Source: Balanoglossus misakiensis
Taxonomy: Eukaryota > Animalia > Hemichordata
Length of the DNA stretch: 64,000 bases
Assembly (NCBI GenBank): GCA_040954595.2
Contig: CM082581.2
Location: forward strand, 14,313,350-14,377,349
Reading direction: 5' to 3'
Part shown: positions 37,487-47,900 of the stretch, piece after piece
How the letters are laid out: the number at the start of each line of letters is the position of its first letter
Numbering within the stretch: the first letter of the stretch is position 1
Position numbers and translations under genes: made by a program
The notes under the pieces: model-generated
What the model saw: only the letters and a program-made list of their open reading frames with translations
Databases searched by the model: none
Told to the model about the DNA's origin: nothing

Positions 37487-39634
37487 TCAACAAATATTCG
37501 GTAGGCCGAAAAAACTTTCTTCAAAGAGTTCCAGCTGCATCGCCACTTTGTGAATTTCAAGATTGAAATCTCTCAAAATAACAAAGTTTTCTGTAGTTTT
37601 TATAACGTCGTTTTGGTAATTTTCGTGGCCGCGCTTATAATCATGGGCGTCTAGGCCGGCGGTCAGATCACGCATTGTTTTACCGCGAGCTTCTTCTTCC
37701 AAATCGTCAGAGAGTTCAATCAGGGTTTCGATCCCATCGTCGCCAACGAATTCGATGACATAAAACAAAAATACCTGTCGATTAAGAAAGGATAACAATA
37801 AGAATCTTTAACCGGTTCCATTGGGAAGAACCACAGACACTACAAAGACTATACATGTATGTATATATATATGCTACTGGACTTACCAACTGGTCGAGAA
37901 TTCGTTCAACTTTCCTAATTCTGTGTATAATGTCTTTGATGTTTGCGCTAATGTCGACGAATCCATAGCCGTTCTCTTTGCTTTCCCAACCATGTATCAT
38001 TTCCATATTGTTGGCGTAATTCGTGAGGACCTCCCGGGCGTCTGTGATGACTGCCAGCCAGACTCGTTGTTCCTATTATACAAATTTTTCAGTAAAACAT
38101 ATTTTAGATTACTATAAAGATGTTTTGCGTTCAAAGGACATATTTTACCGCGTTTAGTGAAATTGTAAGTGTTGGTACGCTGTGGTGTAAAATACATCAC
38201 CAAGACACAGGGTGAGATAACAAGACCGAATCTGCCCTTGTGCGTTTATGCGAGCTCTGTTTCCCTGTCTCTGTCTGTCACGGTCTCCCTCTCAAGATCC
38301 ACACCCCTCTCAGAAAAAAACACAGAATAAACTGTTCGTTCATTTTCAATAATAGGTGTTATTTTTCGCAAATATTTTTACGCAAACGAAATGGGTCCAC
38401 ATATTCCCTACTACACACTGTCGTGTAATTATCTTTTCTAGTTAAAAGATACCAGTTTATATGCATTATGATATAGATAAAATCTCATATTGCTTACCGC
38501 CATTTCCAAGAAGAACTGTCTATGTGACAATATCTTTGGTAATGTCGGGATGGTTAGTGGCGTGTCGATGTGTTTCGATTGTAATCGATGACGGATCTGT
38601 GTAAGAAAAAACAACAGCCTGAGTGTTTCCACGTTCGACTTGAAATATATTTTATCAACCCCGGTTCTTTAATTAGATTAATATGGATATAGTTATATTT
38701 ACATATTTAGCCCAACCATAGTTCGGGATATATGCTCAATGTGCAAGCCAGTTGCGGTTGTTACCTATAGAACGTATACTGCATTATGAAAAGTATAGAC
38801 GAGTAAAAAAACAAAGTCGTGTGTGTGTGTGTTTGGTTCCATTATTTCGCGACTGATGTAATCGACGCAGCCCAGCGCCTCGAAATTAATTCGTCACTTA
38901 CAAGTTCACGTTGATTTATCAGGTAAAAACATCGTTTAGTTTTTAAGCATTTACTTAATATTATTTAACAACAGTTCAGCCGTTGGATAAAATGCGTCAT
39001 CAATTTAGTATATTCATGTCGTCGACTGTCCGGATACTTTGACATATCCGAAAACTGCTGCAGCTGGATTTCAAAGTAGTCAATTTGTTCAAAACCTATA
39101 GATTGCATATTTCAACTTGGTACTTACGAAAATATCCAATGTTTCCGCTACTTCCTCTTTGAGTACGTCGAGTTGGCCGGAGAGTCGTCTGTTGTTTTTG
39201 AGGTCACACAGAATTTCTGTCCATTTCTGGTGATTCCCATAAATGAATTCGTCCGACCTGCCAAGTCGGCTGTACAGGGGTGCGCAGTGTATTGCCACCA
39301 TAAGACACGACCAAGCTATAACCAGAGTGAATTGGATAAAAAAAAAATCTATTAAAATTTACCAACGGCAAGGGAAAAATACAAACAAACAAAAACCAAG
39401 GAATAACTCCTGAGGTAAGATTATGTTGTCGATATAGGATATGAAATCGTACATGTGCATCGCCTGATCTGAAATGGGTTTACAATGATAACTTAATTTA
39501 CTGGAAACTCTACTGTATGTGGATAAACATTATGACTGTACAGATATATCACTTTTAAAACAAAATGCCATTATCACTAAAACTTGAACAGAAAGACATA
39601 GGCCTAGCCTACCTATGACGTGAAAGAGACGCAT
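37487..39634 (-). CDS. Secreted protein of about 260 aa, candidate IL-6-family-like long-chain four-helix cytokine (5 coding exons)
   Basis: Exons 39634-39613 (22 nt), 39315-39128 (188), 38596-38498 (99), 38072-37887 (186), 37774-37487 (288); GT-AG introns of phase 1,0,0,0 give one open frame. Signal peptide MRLFHVIAWSCLMVAIHC|AP, upstream TATA box, downstream AATAAA (about 37345-37350, minus strand). The gene model is well supported; cytokine identity is inferred. Confidence 0.75.
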
Positions 39635-39699
39635 CTTCGGTCAGCGCTTCGGCGAGAACTGCTGTAGGTCGATCTCGTCTGCCCAAACTGTTTTAAGTT

Positions 39700-39801
39700 T
39701 GAACAACTGAAATACTAGGTTGATTTATATTATTTATTTCACTTCACACTCTCCAGAATGACAGGTTTTGAACAAAAGCACCAGTTTGAGGATGACGTAA
39801 T
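39700..39801 (-). promoter_or_regulatory. Core promoter of the candidate cytokine: TATA box plus CRE-C/EBP hybrid site
   Basis: Minus-strand TATAAAT at 39729-39723, about 95 nt upstream of the ATG; ATGACGTAAT at 39792-39801. Confidence 0.6.
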
Positions 39802-41741
39802 CAGATAACTGTTCTTGGTGTTAAGCATTCACACCTCATGTGTGTCTGACTGGGAACAATACTGCCACCGGTTGATCGGAACTTCAATCTACGTTACTCT
39901 TTACATCCTTGACCACTATACCGCTCGACACTGTTAGACCGACAGTAACAGTATCTTGAACCTGGGGAGGGAAGCAAATGTACCTGCCCCCCCCCCCCCC
40001 CGAACAAATAAGTGTAGCGGTGGCTTGTCTAGTGAATCGTCATGTTTGATTGGCATTTCGTGGTTTGGCAGTACACAGTACATTATTCATGGACATGTTC
40101 AAGTTTTCAACATTTGAAAAGCACAGTAAAACCTGAGGCCAAAACGAACATTTCTGAACCAAATTCGGACATCGATATTATCATGGGCATTCGCAAATGA
40201 TGGCTCTGCTTGGTCGTCCATGCCTTCGAACTGGAGCCATTTAACGTCATGGCCGAAAAGGTAACGTTCAGGGGAGAAACCAAAATAAATTTAAAGTTTT
40301 GGAACTGGGCCATTATGACTTTACTCTCAGGCAACAGGTATGATCAATGAGCCTAAAACTTTCAAAAACTACTAAAGATACTTAGTAAATTTTATGTTCG
40401 CCCCTCGGGATATACAATGTCAGTAAACATCCATTTTAAGTCAATGCCCGATGGATCGCTTAACGTCAAAAGCCCTCGTGATCAGCAATGGTTTCTAATT
40501 TAAGATCCTTTGGACAAAGCATCGCTTTCATATCAATGTAGTCTTTCAGAGATAAGCCGGACACTGAAACATAAAGAAGATGCTACTTGTACCTCTCCTG
40601 AGCCCGCTTCTGTAAGGACTGCAAACACAAGTAGACATCTTTTATTTTCGATTCTTCCGAAGAGATGTTAATAGGTTAATATTAGTGTTTTTTTCCGTCC
40701 TGGCTTTGATGCGATGACGTCACATAAAATACTTCCCGAACCCGGGATAATGAGTCGAGAGCAAGTCTTCCGCCCTCTTATAATCCAAGTGCTTCCCTTC
40801 ATACAGTAATAAGTAAATCAAAGCAAACGAACTAAAAAAGTTACGGAAGGGTTCTAAATTTTTAAAAGTTGACCAACAAGCGCGAACACTAGTCTCAGCC
40901 TGGCGCTGTTTAGAGCTTGGAGATTGGCCGCTGGCCCGAGAACCCATACACCAACACTCATATCGATTCGTCTATATTAAACCTAAATGATAAAAATTAT
41001 ATATATATTTATATTAGTACATCGACATAATTCTGCTTATTATTGGGATACTGGAACGATAACCCCATCGTCATGTTTAAAAAACAACGTCAAAGCCGCG
41101 TTCTTAGCATCCGAAATTGCAGCAGTAAAAACCATTGTTACGTTGTATTGCCTTCGATGGCGATAAAACAACACCAGAAAAGTGATACTTTACGGCAGAT
41201 AGTAATACGTTTCTTTTGTCACAACACTTGACGCATGTACGTTTCTTTTGTCCGATTGCAAACGGCCAAGAAAACAGTGATGGTTACCATGGGACGCCTT
41301 CACCTTTATATGACCTTAAAAGTCGAAGTCAAACCAAACCAAGACAAGATACGGTGGCGTGGTATCAACAAGTGGCCATCGTCATAACAAAAAGATGGTC
41401 CCTGATAAAAGATACATAACATTTGGCAACACTTAAGATAATATAGCGATGTTTATGAGATCGAGTACGTGATGCATTTAACTAGTGTTTACTGGACTAT
41501 TGATCGATTGGTGTTAAGATTAAATGTCACGCACCCTTATTACGTTTCGAGTTATTTTTATGCTGCCAATTAAAAGTCTGGAAACACGAGATGTGTGTCC
41601 ATTTTAAACAGTACTCCTCTTGCGGTCACTCTGAAGTTGGGCAGTCCGGTTAGTGTCTTCTGACGTTCCGTTTTCTGTTAGGCGTGGAGTTCATTTTATT
41701 TATAACGTCTCCATCGAAAAAACCCGCACAACTTGGACGAA

Positions 41742-42188
41742 ATGAGCAACACGAAAACCAGCGTTATGCTTGCGCTGAAGAAGAGTCGCATAAATGACGG
41801 CACTTTGCCCGAGGACTCGGCCACCAACCTGAAGTTGCGAAGCAAAACCCAGTCGGAGACATCATCGTCACAGCCTAGCTACTTGCAAGAAACACAGACG
41901 TCGCGAAGGAAGGCCGTGACGGGAACCAAAGAAATGGACCGAGGCGACGAGCCGAAGTCAACCGAAACGAAACTAGTCGTTCGGGAGTACGGACCGCCGC
42001 AGTCGCTGCCGCCCCTGTTCGCCGTCAAGCAGAGCCAGTTGCAGCCGAGAGATTTCCGAACTGTCCCGGACAGAAAAGTGACGGACGACGATGTGGAACA
42101 AATTCAGTCAACTTGCCGTTATATCATCCGCCGTGAAGAGGAAGAAGATAAACTTGACATTGCTGCCATTATGGAGAAAAAGGACTGA
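41742..42188 (+). CDS. Single-exon hypothetical protein (148 aa from first ATG), hydrophilic and low complexity
   Basis: GC-rich 447-nt ORF standing out from AT-rich flanks, protein-like composition, AATAAA near 42266. No family recognised. Confidence 0.6.
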   Translation: MSNTKTSVMLALKKSRINDGTLPEDSATNLKLRSKTQSETSSSQPSYLQETQTSRRKAVTGTKEMDRGDEPKSTETKLVVREYGPPQSLPPLFAVKQSQLQPRDFRTVPDRKVTDDDVEQIQSTCRYIIRREEEEDKLDIAAIMEKKD

Positions 42189-44990
42189 ATTTTTCCAACA
42201 GATTTATGTCACTTTTTTCTATCTAAAACGTTGAGTTGCATAGACAGGAGTCGTTAGGTACCAAGAATAAATTTCAAGATCATGGAGAAAGAAAAAAGAT
42301 GAGTGCTCTGTGAGAAAAACAAGTCTGATGATATCGTTGCTATATTAATTGTGGTATCAATTCATACAATGCAATTGTGTTCATTTGAATGTAAACCGAC
42401 CTGTGAGCTATACTATGTAATATAAATTTATTCATTTGATAGACCTATACCAACCGCTGTTTCATGATTTATATATGTTCATGAGGAATTAATGATTTTG
42501 AGTTACAATGTAATTTGTCTCATTGAAATTATGTGTATATAATTCACGATCTGGTTGTCAAAGTCAAATTCTTTGCACTTTTGGAAAAACGTAAACATAC
42601 GATGTGACCACTTTAATTTGAATTCCTGTATTGTAATTTGCTTGAATAAACGAGATGCGGACATTCTTAATGTTTTGGTGATAGCTACTTCGATTAGAAT
42701 GTAAAGGCGTCCATGCGTATGTGCACAGCATGAACTTTCGTGAAAATGGTCAGAGTTAGGGGCCGCTGGTAATTTAGACATGCAGACCTGTATACAAAAT
42801 GTGTTCACTATTGGAATGGGGTAAGTGCTAATTTGATTATTGAACCCAAAATGTAAATTATGGAAAATGACCAGCTTAATCCAGCAATCTAATTGTATTG
42901 TAACAGCGATTTCGACAAATCTAATTGTAATCTCTATATGGGATGAATCATTATTTCTCCAGGGAGGGCTGGATCCGGTACACCTACTCAAATCAAAGGT
43001 TGACACATGGGGGTGGGCGTCGTCAGGCTATTTATAACACGTCCGAAATGAGGTGATAATGTAGAAGACAGCAATCTGTTTGAAAATCATTAGAATTACA
43101 GGCAATTATGCTAATTACAGTAAAAAGTTAAGGTTTTACAATGAAAGCTGTCCTGAAGCAAGATGTATGAGATACAGAAAGAAATACACAAAGTTGAACA
43201 AAACTGTCAACAGGAGGGACTTAAAACTAGGCTTCTGGCGTTGACTTGTCTTCAACGGCACACAAGCCGCGCAAATCTGACCTGTCTTTTCAACAAACCC
43301 ACTTCCTGCAACACCAGTGTTTGTTTGGCTGTGACAGAGGACCAGTAATGCATGAATGCATTTGAAGAAAGACATGAAATATTGTTTATTTCAATGTTTG
43401 GGATCAGTAGTGTCACTCTTTCATTAGTGAGGACTGAACAGTTCACATACTCCCAAAAGAACCGAACACCAGCAGTCTACAGTTAATAACTTTATTGAAA
43501 TATGTCATGGAGCTTGACGATATTACTTGGCTACCAACCTGTTGCTACGGTAATTAACCTAGTCTTGTGAGATCTTGCAATGAGCTGAAAATCATATACT
43601 ACAGGTTGTACTGGATATTTAGAGATTCACTATCTGGACGGAAAATATATCAGCCAGCCATGAAAAGATTCCCCCACTCGAAGTGATGACATCCTTGTTG
43701 TCAACTTGTTGGTTTTTGCATACTCCATTTTCTAAATAAGAATATGTCACACACATGACTAGGTAGAGTATACACTAGATGATTTCATGCATTTGACACA
43801 AATTACTATTTTCTGAGCATTTTGAATGAACAGAGGTGTGAAGCAGCATCTTCAAAAACTATACACGTGCGTAAAATGTCAAGTCTCAATGAACGGCCAA
43901 TTAAAACACAGCTTTTACAATGCTGCTTCAACTGTCAAACCCTTTCATTTGAAACTCTATGGTTTACCAATTAAAACAGAAATGAAGTTCAAAAGTATGT
44001 AAAAATAAAACTGTGTACATGTACATATGAATAAACATAGAATTAGGATGAAAAATGCAACAAATATTTACATATCATATGAAGTTATACAACCATTACT
44101 TCAAATATACAGACAGAAGACCAAAAGAATTATCCAACACACAGACACCTTGCTGAAGATTATACTGCAAGTTAAAAAGTTAAATCAATATCACCGATTA
44201 CAGACATTATGGTCTACAAATATCATTTACATTCTACATTTCTGATAGATATTACACTATACATTTGTTATGTACATTATTCATAAATGCAGCCTCAATG
44301 TCAGGACAAAAAAAAATGCAAATGCAACCATGGTCCCTAAGAGTTGAGGGGGTTTTATTTTCTAAAAATACTTCCATGGTTACTATAAGGGATGACATGG
44401 TATTATGTATTTTTCCCCAAAAGAGACTAGTATATCATCTAAAACTGCCTCGATTGTTATTGACTGATGATGTTGCAGTGTAGGTGTTCTTACGGAAGGA
44501 GCTGCAGGGAATCCAATTCTTCATCGTCAGATTCTGTGCCATCCACTTCACTGTAGACATGATATCCAACATCATGCGTGCCTGCATGCTTTCTTTTGTC
44601 TCCTACGATACAAAACATCAAACATTTATTTAGAAATTGTTTCATTCAAATTTCTGGTGAATCCTTTACACTGCAAATCCTGTGTTTCACACAGCACAAC
44701 AGCCAGTTTTTATTCACCATGGCAACTGGGTCAGTGGGTTGATGGGAAGGGCTTAACTTCATCCTGTTGGCTTGAACCTTTAGGGAGTGAGGGGTGGAGA
44801 AGGAGAAGAATATTGCTACAGGAGTAAACAAATACACTGCCCCTCCAGGGTTTAAGAAACTGGCCAATCCCTGAAAGCTCAACAACGCACCAATGGTAAA
44901 GCGCACATGGAGAGTGGTAAGAGAAATTCAAATGTGAAAGAAAAAAACAATTCAACTCTACACACTTTAGTAGTGACTGTTAGTGCAGTA

Positions 44991-47900
44991 TCATTTTTTG
45001 CTGTGCTCTTCGGCAATGCTTTTCCAGCCAGAATCTCTAGTTTGAAATTTCAGTGTACTGTGTTTGTCGTGGAGTTCCTTGAATCGCCTCTGTTCTTCCT
45101 GGTCTTCTTTCTGCAATGTGCCAGATGAGGAAAAGCATTACTTTCTTTTCAATAAAATCCAGCATTTCACTTTCAAGTTGAAGCCACACACATACTGCCG
45201 GCTGTACTCTACAAATTCCCATGAATAATTTAAAACAGGCAAGCCTAAATGTTCTCATGACCATATGTGGCTGCATGATCATTTTTGCATGACCCCCCAA
45301 ATGTAATTTGATGATTGGTTAATAGCTCACCGTATGATGCCATCTCATTACGATGGCCCTTCCATCTTCCTCTGTCATCGGTTGAGAGTATTTCATCTGC
45401 ATGTGTTTCCTTCTCTGTGGTGTCAATGCCTGTTCAATCACCAGCACTATCTTGGCCCACTGAAGGTCAATGTACACAAAGAACTTTAGCAGTCAGATTA
45501 ATTTTGCAAATACTAGTACAAAGCCTGTCAAATGGCTGATATATCCCAGAGATGTTTTGGCATATTTAAGTTTCAAAAAATGATTTGATACAATGTTTGT
45601 TTTTTAATGAAAGGGATATCACGTGTAACTGTAACACTGGCTGTATTTTCAGTATATGAAGTTAATTTTGTGAAAAATCATAAGTTGGTTATAGCATCGA
45701 ACAGGTTAATCTGAAAGCGACTTTACAGTTGTCTCTACAGTCTATGACACTTGTACTCATACCTGTCGCAGCCATTCTTTCCGGGTTTCCGCTATCATGG
45801 TGTACGTGTTACCCATCATGGCGATCAACATGTTGATCAGCAACAAAGTGACCAGAATCATGTAAATCACAAACAACAGCTGCAATGAAGAAAACAAAAG
45901 TTTTACTGTTCAGCAAAAACACAATCCACTGTCTGGCCAACTGTGAAATTCAGTGAAAGAAAATACCATTTCTATTTGGGGGCAGAACCACGGTAATCTA
46001 CACCATTTCTTTAACCATATGCATCCAGAAATGAAACTGACGTACCTTGCCCATATTGGTGTGTCTGGTGTTATCAAAGGTCAAGTAGATATCACCAAAT
46101 TCTCCCAGTGACATGATGAACATTCCTAAGACAGCATTGACTGGGTCACTGAATAAAGAGCTTGGTGTGCCGATGAAAACAATGTACATTGCTGAAAAGA
46201 TGAGAGAAGAAAGATTGAAAGTTATGTACAGAACCTTATTAAAAGTATCTTGATATTGGTAATGGCATTGAATACCAGCAACATAAGACTCAAGAGAAAT
46301 TAATCATTGTGCTTTAATATAAATTTCTCATAGGTATATCTGACCATAGTACACACTACATGCAGACACAGAAGTTATGTGTAGAAAATGTTCTACCCAA
46401 GAGTATTGGCCATAGGTAGACTTGCCCACTCGGCACTTTTCTAATTTTTCCCTAAATAAAGATTCTTAGCTAATTCAATTGTTGTCCTAGTCACACTACC
46501 GGTATATGAATGGAATTCATACCTTGGGAAAATCCAACCAAGAACACAATGTAAATGGCAAAGAACCTCAGCAGATCTCCACGGATCATTTTGTAGATCA
46601 TGACCACAAATGGTCCAACCAACTTGAATGGTCTGAAATTACGAGACAGAAAGAAACAGAGGTTATTCTTGAAGGGGGAGTTGGTTAGGTGTGCCTAACT
46701 CAAACATGTCAGTTTGTCAACAACAATGGTGGTCAGCTTTGAGTTAATCCAAGGCCAGCAAGGACAATTTTCATGCAGTATATAATAATATAGAAGTAGA
46801 TTTATAAGAAATGTACATTTAACATCCACATACCTGAGAAAGAAAAGAAAATAAGGGCAAGTCATGAGCATGGCAAGTATCACCATGATGTCTTCATACA
46901 TAGGTACACACGCTGCTCGTCCTGGGATGGCTAAGATAAGGCAGATCAAAGATACCAAGAACACCGCCTTTGCAGGAGCATTCCTCTGGTAAAGGAATTA
47001 AAAGATCATTTTGTCACAAGATTAATATTTTGACATATACAAGTTTACATATGTAGATTAAGTCACTTTTCTGAACCATTATATCTCTGTCTAAAAATTG
47101 AAATCAAAATATACACTATGAACACCAAAGTGTTTCTGGCTTTAGCACAACAATCCTGCATCACTGAAACACATGGTTTTGTCAATTTTGGAAGAAAAAT
47201 GGCTTCTGGTGCAATTGTGTCCAAAATGCTGGTTAAACTGACAGATTATTTTTTTACTTTGACAATAGCTATATCTTGCTACTTCTACTTACTGTCTTGC
47301 AATACTGCTCCCTACTATCTAATTCCTGGCAGGTGCTACCTCCTGGGTTCTCTTCCTAAACCCTCTTGTTAACACCTAAATTACTTTCTCTATCATCTCT
47401 TCTATTTGCTTCTACTTCTTCCAGCCACTTCTTTCAGAAAACTCTTCCCTCTACATTTTGTTGTCATGGCTACCTCTTCCTACTAACCTTGGTTGTCATG
47501 GCTACCTCTTCCTACTAACCATGGATACCTCAAACTATTACATGTACCTCTGGTTGTCATTTCTTCTCTGAAATCTACATCAATTAATCAATTTTTCTTT
47601 GCTGAGCAAATACAGTTACTTGTGTTTTCTGCAAGGCTTTCCTAAAGAACACAATACCAAATACATGTACAGCAAAATAAACTGTCCAACTTCAATTTGG
47701 GACTCAGATTCTGGCTACAGTTCTCTTGTAAATTGGGTATAAGCTATCATTTGTTACATTTTAAAACCAAACCTTATTTCAGAACATAGTCATAAGTTAT
47801 ATGATGACACTCACCAAGTTGGTTGTGAAGAAGTTTTTGACTCCAAGATAACACAGCTCTTTGATGAAGAAAGCAAGGAAGAGAATGGCTCCAATCAGAG

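Noticed and set aside
42503-43006. 167-aa minus-strand ORF
   Set aside because: Non-ATG start, AT-rich composition, no recognisable motif or splice support.
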